A DNA stretch of 64,000 nucleotides, from contig NC_042999.1 of assembly GCF_006345805.1 (NCBI RefSeq), positions 160,456,001-160,520,000 on the forward strand. The letters are read 5' to 3'. Positions 1 to 12,143 of this stretch are shown here, in pieces. The notes beneath the pieces were generated by a model, which worked only from the letters and a program-made list of their open reading frames with translations, did not search any database and was not told where the DNA came from. The position numbers were made by a program, and so were the translations under genes. Origin of the DNA: Octopus sinensis (taxonomy: Eukaryota). Each line of letters begins with the position of its first letter. Position 1 is the first letter of the stretch.

Positions 1-119
1 GGGCATCCAGCTGTAGAAACTCTGCCAAATCAAGATTAGAGCCTGGTGCAGCCATCTGGTTCGCCAGCCCTCAGTCAAAATCGTCCAACCCATACTAGCA
101 TGGAAAGCAGGCATTAAAC

Positions 120-181
<62 letters not shown>
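1..181 (+). mobile_element. RTE LINE 3' terminus with (GAT)n tail
   Basis: GGGCATCCAGCTGTAGAAAC...CATGGAAAGC...TTAAAC followed by about 20 GAT units; the same terminus recurs more than 10 times. Confidence 0.8.
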
Positions 182-182
<1 letters not shown>

Positions 183-489
183 ATATATATATACATACAT
201 ATATTATTAATATTTGGGAAGTTATTTCTGAGTCCACAGGAGAGAGAAGTTCAATTTAGTGTTACTAAAATGAATTACTCACTGTATTATATACATATAT
301 ATATATATAGATTGGTTTAAGAGACAGAATCACCCTCAAGCAACTCAATCATCATTGAATGACATTATCCACAATATGTACATATAGGACTACATATTAG
401 AATTATCAAAATTAATGTCTACAATTCTTATTCCAAATCATCAAAATTAGTACCTTCAATTCTTATATCAGATCATATACTTTAGACTA

Positions 490-1441
490 CGCAAGATATA
501 GCATATTTTGCCAGAGGAAGCCATTATAGCACTATTGATGTGAACTTTAAAAATAAAGAGAAAGCAAAAGAACACTCTGTAAACGCAATGAAGAAGGAAA
601 GGGTGATCCTCTTACCCACATATCTTGGAAGAAGAACTTCCAGGGTAAGGGTGGAGGGAATCCCCCACTGAAATAGACGTGGCTTGGGTGGCGGCAGCAG
701 TGCTTCTTGCAAGTGAGAAAGAGGTAGCCGTGCTCCAAGCCACAGAAAGAGGAGTAACAAATTGGTGAGGAAAAATTCTTGACATTATGATACAAACTTC
801 GGCAGAAAATCTGGAAAAATTAGTGGAAACAGTGGCAGTGGGAGAAATGGTGATGAAAGTATGGGTAGACGGCAGAACCCCTTGCTGCTATAAATGTAGC
901 CAAAAGGGCCACATTAGAGTGGGTTGCCCTCTAAAAAACAAGCAAGCGCAGGAGAAAGCTGAGAAGGTGGAAGATAAGGAAGAAACAGACGAGGAAGAAG
1001 TATGGAGAGTAGCTGGAAGAAGAAAACAAAGGAAGAGGAAGAAGGACAGTCAAAGTGAACCCCAACCCGTACTCAACCCACCCTTTACCCTCTCAACCCC
1101 ACCCTCTCCCTGCAGACACCAAACCCACCCATTCACCACCAACACAAAATAGAAAAGAGAAGTGCAAACACATAAAAAACCCACAAAACCTCCCTACCAC
1201 TTGTTATGTTTGTGTTCTGTTTAAGGGTATAGATAAGGAATTGGTGGACAAATTATCGCAATGGAGAGACATGAGAATTGTGAGTATGAAAGGAGACAGA
1301 AAGGAAAACATGGTCGCAAGCACATTGGTGCCAGAATGTCAGATGAGAGAATATAAAGAGGATGTGGGATTCAGAAATGGGATTTGCAACATAAGGAATG
1401 TGCCAAACAAGATAGAAAATATGGAATTAGAAGAACGCTAA
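490..1441 (+). mobile_element. Degenerate gag/ORF1-like retroelement ORF with CCHC zinc knuckle
   Basis: CYKCSQKGHIRVGC (CX2CX4HX4C) in ORF 787-1152; upstream frame TIDVNFKNKE...LPTYLGRRTSRVRVEGIP; frameshifts and an internal stop. Confidence 0.7.
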
Positions 1442-2845
1442 GGCAGGAGCTCTCTGAACTTTGTCCAGGCTATTCTTATTCTAACAGCTACGCTTTCAGA
1501 GCATCCAGCCCTGCTACTGATTTGGTCTACTTCTAGTTTTTCTCCATGGAATGTGACAGAAGCTGTTCTCTGCACATTTTCAGTGTTTATAACACCTGAG
1601 CATTTGCCACATACAAAAACTATCTTCCCAGTTTAGCCTTCCTTTGATATTGCTGCACCTCTTATGTGTCTATAGCTTACACTGGGTACATCTTACCTAT
1701 GCCTTTTCTACAGATCGAGCAGAGTCATCTAACTGAAGGGATTAGTGGTTTGTCTGCCTTCCAACTTACTAGGACTTTGGTTTTAGCTAGGTTGACTCTA
1801 AGGTCCTTCGATTCTAATCCTTGCTTCCACACCTGAAACTTTTCCTCTAGTTCTGATAGTGACTCAGCAATTAGAGCAAGGTCATCAGCATAGAGGAGCT
1901 CCCAGGGGCATCCTATCTTGAATTCTTCTTTTATTGCCTGGAAGACTATGATGAATAAGAGGGGGCTGAGGACTGATCCTTGGTGGATCCCTACCCCTAC
2001 CTGGAATTCTTCACTGTACTTGTTGCCAACCCTCACCTTACTAGCATCATCCCTGTACATGGCTTGCACAGCTCCTACTAACCCTTCATCTATCCCTAGT
2101 TTCCTCATTGACCACCAGATAAGGGATTGAGGGACCCTGTCAAAGGCTTTTTCCATGTCAACGAAAGCCAGGTACAGAGGTTTATCTTTGGCTAGGTATT
2201 TCTCCTGCAGCTGTCTTACCAAAAATATAGGATCAGTGGTGCTTTTCCCTGACATGAACCCAAACTGCATCTCATCTAGACTGACTCTCTACCTAATTAG
2301 TTGAGCTATGTGACCTTCATTACTTGATACCTCGGTAATTATTTGTATCTAATTATTTGTGTCTAAAGCATCACCTTTACCTTTGTAGCAATTGACTATG
2401 GTACTGCTACACCAGTCATTGGATATGACTCCTTCATGTATCACCTGGTTAACTATACGGGTAACTAGGCTAGCTGACACTGCCAAATATTTTGAGCATC
2501 TCTGCAGTGATTCCTAATGGGCCAGGGGCTTTCCCTGTCTTCATACTCTTAATTGCTTTATCTACCAAGGTACTGTCAATTCGAATAGTTGGTCTCTCTG
2601 TTGGGTTGACATTCAGCAGTCTCTCTTTTCCCCATTCATTTAACAACCTTTTATTGTGACATCTCTAAGTCTTTCTCTTTGCAGCCTCATTAAATGCAAA
2701 TGAGTTGTCATCCATGTGGACACATTTCTCTCCTATGACATCATGATTCTCTCTCACACACTGTCTTGCAACATGAAACACCTTAAGTCTTTGGTCTTCA
2801 CGATGCAGAACATTGGTAAGTTTTTTCTTATCTGCTTCCCCTCTA
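1442..2845 (-). mobile_element. RTE-clade LINE ORF fragment (reverse transcriptase plus PHD-like finger)
   Basis: ORF 1725-2270 has QFGF, FVDMEKAFDRV, GIHQGSVLSP and YADD; downstream CSICRKG...CTQCK...HKRC and AWTKFRELLP; truncated at both ends. Confidence 0.92.
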
Positions 2846-2854
2846 GCTAAATAA

Positions 2855-3039
2855 ACCTATTTCTTTACTACCCACAAGGGGCTAGCACTGAGAGGACAAA
2901 CAAGGACAGACAAACGGATTAAGTCGATTATATCGACCCCAGTGCGAACTGGTACTTAATTTATCGACCCTGAAAGGATGAAAGGCAAAGTCGACCTCGG
3001 CGGAATTTGAACTCAGAACGTAACGGCAGACGAAATACC
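2855..3039 (-). mobile_element. SINE family C (Meta-domain-like), 5' truncated
   Basis: GTCGACTTTGCCTTTCATCCTTTCAGGGTCGATAAATTAAGTACC module on the minus strand. Confidence 0.75.
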
Positions 3040-3288
3040 TATCTCAATATATATATATATATATATATTGAGATAGGGGTTGTAAATGCAATACTCTTTT
3101 ATGTACATTCCTTTATGTACACTGATTTGTTCTGCTTTTTATATTTAACCCTACAGTCTCTTATGTGGTGGTTTAATAAAGTATGTGATTGAGTATTATC
3201 TGGTAATTGATATTTGATTTAGATGTATTTCTCCATTTTCTTATCTTTTCTTGTCTTATCTTGTATATATATATATATATATATATAA

Positions 3289-5829
3289 TGGAAGTGTGCT
3301 GTGCATGAGAGGACCCGGCAGGACTAGTCAGGCCATATCCCGTGGCCCCTACCTGGGACGTAGTCGATCCACCTGTGCATACCTTCCTTCTTGTGACACT
3401 TGTGAAGACCTGCTGAGGCAAGTGAAAATCAATCAAAATAGATGAACATCAATGGAATTTGTATCTTGTGGTACCAGTGCCTATGGCACACAAGAAAACC
3501 ATCCGAACGTGGCCGTAGCCAGTACCACATCGACTGGCCTCCGTGCTGTGGGAACATGGTGGCACATAAAAACACCATCCGAAGACCCGGCAAGACTAGT
3601 CAGGTCATAACCCGTGGGCCCTACCTGGGACGTAGTCAGTCCACCTGTACATACCTTCCTTCTTGTGACACTTGTGAAGACCTGCTGAGGCAAGTGAAAA
3701 TCAAATCAAATCAAAACAAATCAAAATAGATGAACATCAATGGAATTTGTATCCTTGTGGTACCAGTGCCGGTGGCACACAAGAATCCATCCGAACGTGG
3801 CCGTAGTCAGTACCGCTTGTGGTACCAGTGCCGGTGGCACACAAGAATCCATCCGAACGTGGCCGTAGTCAGTACCGCATCACTGGCCATCGTGCTGTGG
3901 GCACATAACAAACACCATCCGGTCGTGGCCGGTACCAGTGCCGGTGGCACACAAGAATCCATCCGAACATGGCCGTAGTCAGTACCGCATCACTGGCCAT
4001 CGTGCTGTGGGCACATAACAAACACCATCCGGTCGTGGCCGTTCGCCAGCCTCATCTAGCACCTGTGTCGGTGGCACATAAAAACACCTTCCGAAGACCC
4101 GGCAAGACTAGTCAGGCCATAAACCATGGCCCCTACCTGGGACGTAGTCAGTCCACCTGTGCATACCTTCCTCCTTGTGATACTTGTGAAGGCCTGTTGA
4201 GGCAAGTGAAAATCAAAATCAAAATCAAATCAAAACAAATCAAAATAGATGAACATCAATGGAATTTGTATCTTTGTGGTACCAGTGCCGGTGGCACACA
4301 AGAGAAAACCATCCGAAAGTGGCCGTAGCCAGTACCGCATCGACTGGCCTCCGTGCTGTGGGCACATGACAACACCATCCGATCGTGGGCATTCGCCAGC
4401 CTCATCTAGCACCTGTGTCGGTGGCACATAAAAACACCATCCGAAGACCCGGCAAGACTAGTCAGGCCCCTACCTGGGACGTAGTCAGTCCACCTGTGCA
4501 TGCCTTCCTTCTTGTGACACTTGTGAAGACCTGTTGAGGCAAGTGAAAATCAAAACAAATCAAAATAGATGAACATCAATGGAATCTGTATCTTTGTGGT
4601 ACCAGTGCCGGTGGCACACACTTTGTGGTACCAGTGCCGGTGGCACACAAGAGAACCATCCGAACGTGGCCGTAGCCAGTTCCTCATCGACCGGCCTCCG
4701 TGCTGTGGGCACGTAACAAACACCATCCGATCATGGCCGTTCGCCAGCCTCATCTGGCACCTGTGTCGGTGGCACATAAAAACACCTTCCGAAGACCCGG
4801 CAAGACTAGTCAGTCCACCTGTGCATACCTTCCTTCTTGTGATACTTGTGAAGACCGGTTGAGGCAAGTGAAAATCAAAAATCAAATCAAATCAAAATAG
4901 ACAAAATAGATGAACATCAATGGAATTTGTATCTTGTGGTACCAGTGCCTGTGGCACACAAGAAATCCATCAGTGCTGTAGTCAGTGCGGTGGGCACATG
5001 ACAAACACCATCCGATCGTGGCCGTTCGCCAGCCTCATCTAGCACCTGTGTCGGTGGCACATAAAAACACCATCCGAAGACCCGGCAAGACTAGTCAGGC
5101 CATAACCCATGGCCCCTACCTGGGACGTAGTCAGTCCACCTGTGCATACCTTCCTTCTTGTGACACTTGTGAAGACCTGCTGAGGCAAGTGAAAATCAAA
5201 ACAAATCAAAATAGATGAACATCAATGGAATTTGTATCTTTGTGTGGTACCAGTGCCGGTGGCACGGGGCACATAAGAAAACCATCCAAACGTGGCCGTA
5301 GCCAGTACCGCATCGACTGGCCTTCGTGCTGTGGGCACGTAACAAGCACCATCCGATCGTGGCCGTTTGCCAGCCTCATCTGGCACCTGTGTCGGTGGCA
5401 CATAAAAACACCATCCGCGCGTGGCCGTCTGCCAGCCTCGTCTGGCACCTGTGTCGGTGGCACATAAAAACACCATCCGAGCGTGGCCGTCTGCCAGCCT
5501 CATCTGGCACCTGTGTCGGTGGCACATAAAAACACCATCCGAGCGTGGCCGTCTGCCAGCCTCGTCTGGCACCTGTGTCGGTGGCACATAAAAACACCAT
5601 CCGAGCGTGGCCGTTTGCCAGCCTCGTCTGGCACCTGTGTCGGTGGCACATAAAATCACCCACTACACTCTCGGAGTGGTTGGCGTTAGGAAGGGCATCC
5701 AGCTGTAGAAACACTGCCAGATCTGACTGGACTGGTGCAGCTTTCGGGCTCCCCAGACCCCAGTTGAACCGTCCAACCCATGCTAGCATGGAAAGCGGAC
5801 GTTAAATGATGATGATGATGATGATGATG
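3289..5829 (+). repeat. Tandem array of the RTE ORF-end/3' UTR module (six units) ending in one RTE terminus
   Basis: Unit head GAAGACCCGGCAAGACTAGTC at 3309, 3581, 4093, 4443, 4791 and 5076; internal ~60-bp subrepeats; single terminus with (GAT)n at ~5805-5829. Confidence 0.9.
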
Positions 5830-5857
5830 ATATATATATATATATATATCTAATATT

Positions 5858-5960
5858 ATATGGTAGATGGAAGATACAAGAATTTTTATTAATCACGACA
5901 ACTGTTTCGACACATCTAGCATTGACCCCCTCCGGGGAGGGATACTTAACAACTGTATCA
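5858..5960 (-). ncRNA. Degenerate hammerhead-like motif plus AATAAA tail (Penelope-like remnant)
   Basis: Minus strand TCCC-CGGAGGG-GGTC...GTC-GAAA-CAGTTG-TC-GTGA then TTAATAAAAA; the core differs from CTGANGA at two positions. Confidence 0.35.
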
Positions 5961-6544
5961 TATTATATTATATATATATATAGATATATATATATACACA
6001 TAAATATACATATATATACATTTATACAATAAGCTTCTTTCAGTTTCTGTCAACCAAATCCACTCACAAGGTCTTGGTTAGCCTAGGGCTACAGTAAAAC
6101 ACACTTGCTCAAAGTGCCACAAAGTGGGACTGAACTCAAAACTGTGCAGTTGGGAAGCATTTTTCTAATGTACACAACCATACTTTTGTCAGAAGTTACA
6201 CATCATAAAGGATAAAAATTCTTATTGTTTTAATATATTTTATCTAGTTTAATTATGCAAGTTCCACTTCTACTTCACGGCTAAATGAATAACTATAACA
6301 AGATAGCAATTACAAAGACACACTTGTAAAACCATGTTGTGCTCCAGATTTATAATATTTACCCCCTTCCACCACCACCACCACCACCACTCTGCCACTG
6401 AAACAATAGATGTAAAATGGTGTGTCATTTCTAGTGAAAGTCATGGCTATTAATACTTGTTTCCAACGAAACTTTAAAAGAAAACAGAAACATGTATGAA
6501 GTATACGCATACCCAAACTTTAGGTCTCACCGAGTAAATGACCA

Positions 6545-7223
6545 GAGACCGAGACCTTTGAAAGTATGCTGTGCATGAGAAGACCCGGCAGGACAAGTGA
6601 GACCATAACCCATGGCCTCTACCTGGGATGTAGCCAGTCCACTTATGCATACCTTTCCTTCTTGGGACACAAAACTCTACTTGTGAAGACCTGTTGAGGC
6701 AAGTGGAAATCAGAATCAAAATCAAAATCGATCAACATCAATGGAAATTGTAGCTGTGATACCAGTGCCGGTGGCATGTAAGCGAACCATCCAAACGTAG
6801 CCGTTGCCAGCACCACCCTGATAGGCCTCCGTGCCGGTGGCACGTAAAAAGCACCATCCGATCGTGGCCATTGCCAGCCTAGCCTGGCCCCCGTGCCGGT
6901 GGCACGTAAAAAGCACCATCCGATCATGGCCGTTTGCCAGCCCCGTCTGGCACCTGTGCCGATGGCACGTAAAAAGCACCCACTACACTCACGGAGTGGT
7001 TGGCGTTAGGAAGGACATCCAGCCGTAGAAACATTGCCAGATCAGACTGGGCCTGGTGCAGCCACTACACTCATGGAGTGGTTGGCGTTAGGAAGGGCAT
7101 CCAGCTGTAGAAACACTGCCAGATCAGACTGGAGCCTGGCGCAGCCTTCTGGCTTCCCAGACCCCAGTTGAACTGTTCAACCCATGCTAGCATGGATAAC
7201 GGGCGTTAAATGATGATAATGAT
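6545..7223 (+). mobile_element. RTE 3' end with internal ~83-bp tandem duplication
   Basis: ORF-end YAVHEKTRQDK*, 3' UTR and GAT tail; CCACTACACTC...GCAG duplicated at ~6980-7143. Confidence 0.8.
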
Positions 7224-7449
7224 AAAACACACATGGAGCTTTATAGACATCAATACATCAAGCAAACATGCGAGTCTTTTCATGGTCACTTAGCCTGCAA
7301 GAAATCGCAGCTAAGTATCACACAAATTACAGCCTACCATCTTAGAAATGGAAGCACACATTGGATAATATGTCTTGTCTATATATAACAAATCATTTTA
7401 TCATTAATGAACTCAGTCCTTAATTTATCAAAAACTTCAACAGCCAACA

Positions 7450-7830
7450 GGAAACAGTAATAACTCTGAGCACCTTTTCAAACTCCACCCATCTAACACC
7501 CGTGGACATATTTACAAAGTCAGAAAACAGCACAGCTCCCATGACTTTAGGAAACATTTTTTCACGCTGAGAGTTGCTGAAGCATGGAACAAACTGCCGG
7601 CATCAGTTGTTAGTTGTCGGAGCCTTGCATCCTTCAAAACTTCCATGCTTTCTGAGATTCGCCAACACTACACCTGATTTTCTCCTCTCCATACACACAC
7701 AAGCATGTATCTGACTCATGCATTGTTCGCTTTCCAGACATTTGTACATTACTGCATATACTCTGACAAGTTGTGGTGCACCTGAGCACTGTATACAATA
7801 ATTTCATTATATTATTATATTTCATTATAT
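7450..7830 (+). mobile_element. CR1-type LINE 3' end
   Basis: Translates NTRGHIYKVRKQ...RKHFFTLRVAEAWNKLPASVVSCRSLASFK, the CR1 ORF2 C-terminal pattern; (ATT)n tail. Confidence 0.8.
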
Positions 7831-7916
7831 TATAAAATAAGTTCCATGTAAGCAATAATAATAATATGAATTTATTTTAGAAATTGTGTAGATGTCAAAG
7901 AGAAAGTAATATATAC

Positions 7917-7977
7917 CTGAGCACGTCTGTAGAATTGGTGAGTAATAGCTTCAAATCTCTCCTGGCCTGCTGTATCC
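7917..7977 (-). CDS. RAB15: Rab15-like coding exon 3 ((W)DTAGQERFEAITHQFYRRAQ)
   Basis: Long pyrimidine tract plus AAG| acceptor, |GTATAT donor; 61 bp; G3 motif DTAGQE; YRRAQ is Rab15-like. No exon 4 found in 1-7916, so the gene continues beyond the window. Confidence 0.95.
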
Positions 7978-9144
7978 CTTTAAAAAAGAGAAAGAGTAAA
8001 GAAAATGACTGCATGAATATCTTAAGAGGAAATCAAGGAACTTTTGGGTGAAGATAAAACTTGTGAATTGGTAAAGAGATGGTTGATGAAAGTTATACTA
8101 ACATACTCTGCATTGTCTCTAATACTTAAACACAGAAATGAAAAGTCATGTTCAACATATTCGAGTGGACTCAGACATGAGAATATCTTTCACCACGGGG
8201 ATAGCCTCATAAGCAAATTCTCCACTTAGATATGTCTGAAAACAACAGATATGCTGTGACTGACAACAATGGACCATAGGATGCATGCATTTCAGCGTTA
8301 TTTCACTTCATCAGTTACATACACCAAATCCGTCATTCACAGCCCAATAAGAATGCAATTATTATCAAAACGTATGCTTGTGTGTAAAGCTTGATGAAGC
8401 TAGAATTGTGTTTTAACACATGGCTTAGAGGAGAATTTTCTCCTTGGATATCTCTGCAGTGGAAGGTCACCTCACATCAGAGAGCACTTGAACATGTTGA
8501 ATATGACTTTTCATGAATATATTTCATTCATCTGCTTCAAGTGTCATTTTCATTTATTTAATTCTAGCTTGACCCATCTTTATGAACATCAGCTTAAGTT
8601 CTGTATACTGTTTTATATAAGAATAATTCTATTCTCAACAGACTATGAAAGGCAGATCTGGTTTTCTCAATTGACAAAGAGAAGTGACACAGAAACCTAT
8701 ATGTCTTCCGCTCCATCGAAGTCATTCATTGCCCATCTTTATATCTTTACACATGTGTAAGAGAAGAATTTTCTCCAGGAACTTGCTCTGAAGTAGAAAG
8801 TCTTCTCACACCTGAGTACATTCTAACATGTTGAATATAATGCTACATGAATATACTCTATTCAATGCTGCTTTGTGCAACATGATTTATTTTTGGACAA
8901 GTTGAGTTTATCCTGAAGAGTAGCATTGTGAAGTACTACAAACAAATCCATTACAACTATTCAAGACTGGCAACTATTTTCACCACTCAGTCATTTTAAA
9001 TATGAGGGAACAGGACTGCTATTTCAATAAGTTTATAACATTTTCAGAAATTAAAATAATTTCTAAATGATAATTTTTTTCGAAAAACTGTCTGCAAGCA
9101 ATAATAAATCTCTGAACGAGATGTAAACAGTAACTGCTCGACAA

Positions 9145-9321
9145 CGTAAAGTATACTAGCCATCTCAATATGGCTAACCACTAAGGGTGGGTGTTACTGT
9201 AGCTTTTAGCCCCAGCTTTTAGCTTAAAGCCAGCTGGAGACGATGATCTCCTGGGGCTAAAAGCTACAGTAACACCCACCCTTAGTGGTTAGCCATATTG
9301 AGATGGCTAGTATACTTTACG
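9145..9321. repeat. Perfect 71-bp inverted repeat with 35-bp spacer
   Basis: 9145-9215 is the exact reverse complement of 9251-9321. Confidence 0.95.
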
Positions 9322-9775
9322 ATAATTTTTTTTTTATTTCTGAAATAGTCAAATGAAAGAAGGAAGATAACACAAATATACATACATTTCACAACTATAC
9401 ATACATGCATATACATACATATAATACTTAGACACAATCATCGTTCATAATGTCACACACATCCACATGGACACATACACAGACACACAACTGGGTATCA
9501 TACTCAACATCATGAAAAAGCAAATGACTATTTAAATCAGATGCTAATTCTGTTGCATATAATGGAATTTTATTCAGCTGAGCATCTAATTACAGCCCCA
9601 ATGATTGTTCACTCACTGTCTTCCTTTGTCAGTAGTGATGGATTTTGTCGTAGCATGCGATTGGCAGTGAGTACATGCTACTTACAAAGCCCAATGCGGT
9701 AGAAATATGCATCAGACATTCTCACTGGCTGCTGGACCATTTCTCATCTGCTACTGATACGCTTTGTGCTTTTAA

Positions 9776-9995
9776 CCCTTTCGTTACTGTATTTATTTTG
9801 AGATGCTCTGTGTTTCTTTCAATTACTTTATATATATCAAAGAATTTAGTAAAATAACTTAGTTATCATTCAGCTAGTTTTAGGAACATAAATTGTGACT
9901 AAGATTTAGTGGAAGATTTTAATTCAAAACTTATGGAAACAAGACATTTGTACTCAGAGCCAGAGCCGGTTTCAGCCAGGTTGGTAGCGAAAGGG
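9776..9995 (-). mobile_element. piggyBac-type MITE family G (220 bp)
   Basis: TTAA target duplication on both sides; CCCTTTCG TIRs; inverted copy at 13478. Confidence 0.85.
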
Positions 9996-10098
9996 TTAAA
10001 CACAGTACATCCAGAAGAGATATTATCTCCAAATGAATACCACTGTAAATTTGTGTTTTTGTGATGCATCTACAGTAAGCATAACACCACACACTCAC

Positions 10099-10132
<34 letters not shown>

Positions 10133-10451
10133 GAAATCTCCTTATGATAGCAATTTGATCAGGTTTAACTATAATTACTTACAAACAGGGTAAGTAACAT
10201 TAACTAAGTTCAGAAAAGACCTAAGAAACTGAATAAAGCTCACCAAATCAATATGAAAAATAAAGAAACATGAGAACAAACCATTAAACATTAACAATAT
10301 GCAGAAGCATAACTATAGAACAAAATCCAATTTAACACAACCAAAGAATTCCCAACATTGGCTGAACAACAGATAGTATAGTGACTTTGGCACCCAAAGT
10401 AAGAATGCTATTTCTGTTGGTATTACACAAATGTAGAAAAGATGAAATATT

Positions 10452-10612
10452 TCGGAGTGGTTGGCGTTAGGAAGGGCATCCAGCTGTAGAAACTCTGCCA
10501 GATCAGTTTGGAGCCTGGTGCAGCCTCCTGGCTTACCAGTCCTCAGTCAAACCGTCCAACCCATGCCAGCATGGAAAGCGGACGTTAAACAATAGTGATG
10601 ATGATGATGATG
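10452..10612 (+). mobile_element. RTE 3' terminus
   Basis: CGGAGTGGTTGGCGTTAGGAAGGGCATCCAG...GTTAAAC with GAT tail. Confidence 0.75.
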
Positions 10613-11397
10613 TTTGGGAATGCACAAACCAAATGTTTGTACCTGATTCACAAATCATGACCATATATTCTCCAAACCAACCCTTTCTAGTCACCAATGC
10701 TCAACTGTTTCTAAGCAAGGCAATATTCTTTTCTTGGCTGTGTAAACCTGAATGTTTATACAGAAGATTGGAAGTGAAGAACACAAGGACATGACTTGAA
10801 TGATAAAGACACTTATTTACAACTATCATGTGATGTCTTAGAAAAAAAAGACACAAACACACACTCTCTCTCTCTCTCACACACATACAAACACTCACTC
10901 ACATGCACATACACACAAACACATACCTCATAGAGGTACAAACTTCAGATTAAATTTGTAAAGAAAAATTTGTCATCAAATCCTTTGATAAATGGCTGAT
11001 GGGAAACAATTTAACATCATTCAATTGTGGATATGGATGTATGTGCTGAAAAACAAGTGAAGGTCAGTTATGGAGTGTAGCCAGCTAACTAATGGAGTGT
11101 GTCATCAACTACAGTGCTGTGTAGCAGTCTAGACTTAGTTTCTTAAGGAAAGTTGGCCTTCACCAAACTAACACACCCAACAAAAGTAATGGTGAATCTT
11201 TTAGGCTTGATGAGTAGAAATTTGAATTTCTTTAACCCTTTAGCATTCAGATTAATCCATCAACTCCAATACTTATTTATCCATCTTGTTTCAAATGAAT
11301 TATGTATTATCTCAGAGCTTTGTAACTTTGATTCGATTGTTTGCGTGTTTAGAGTGAGAGGACAGAGCTGGCCAGTTTGAACATTAAAACAGATCAA

Positions 11398-11805
11398 ATA
11401 GGTGCAGGTGTGGCTGTGTGGTAAGTAGCTTGTTTACCAACCACATGGTTCCAGGGTTCAGTCCCACTGCGTGGCACCTTGGGCAAGTATCTTCTACTAT
11501 AGCCTCGGGCCGACCAAAGCCTTGTGAGTGGATTTGGTAGACGGAAACTGAAAGAAGCCCGTCGTATATATGTATATATGTGCATGTGTGTGTTTGTGTG
11601 TCTGTGTTTGTCCCTCTAGCATTGCTTGACAACCGATGCTGGTGTGTTTATGTCCCCGTTACTTAGCAATTCGGCAAAAGAGACCGATAGAATAAGTACT
11701 GGGCTTACAAAAGAATAAGTCCCGGGGTCGAGTTGCTCGATTAAAGGCGGTGCTCCAGCATGGTCGCAGTCAAATGACTGAAACATGTAAAAGAGTAAAG
11801 AGTAA
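11398..11805 (+). mobile_element. SINE family A (tRNA head, CORE-like box, internal TA/TG microsatellite, CR1-group tail)
   Basis: A box TGGCTGTGTGG, B box GGTTCAGTCCC, CCTTGGGCAAGT, tail GGCGGTGCTCCAGCATGG...GTAAAAGAG. Confidence 0.85.
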
Positions 11806-12143
11806 ATATTTGGGTCAGACATGGCCTGAGTGTCATTTACATGTAGACAAGTATTTTAGGCTTAGTTAAATGTTTATAGGTAAGCATTTTTAATATTAAC
11901 ATGATATTGCAGAGAGATTTGGTGAGATATTTGTTTTTCAAAATTTGCTTCACAACCTGGTGGTTTTGGTTTCAGTCCCATTGTTTGATGCTTTGAGCAG
12001 TTATGCATAGTGGTTAAGTGGTTAGGGTGAGACCATGGTTTCAATTCCTGGGCCAGGTGGTGCATTGTGTTATTGAGCAAAACAATTCATCTAATGTTGC
12101 TCTGCAATCAATTCAACATCAGATGTGTGGTATATCATGCACT

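Noticed and set aside
3408-3432. Hammerhead-like CTGCTGA...GAAA in the array unit
   Set aside because: Other copies read CTGTTGA, helix II cannot form, and there is no NUH/helix I pairing.
3289-5829. CRISPR-like array or coding repeat protein
   Set aside because: There are no unique spacers. The units are 270-510 bp copies of an RTE 3' UTR, and the ORFs are short and frame-inconsistent.
9686-9747. Small exon candidate ending in a GTAAGT donor
   Set aside because: There is no pyrimidine tract at the acceptor, and stops occur in the relevant frames.
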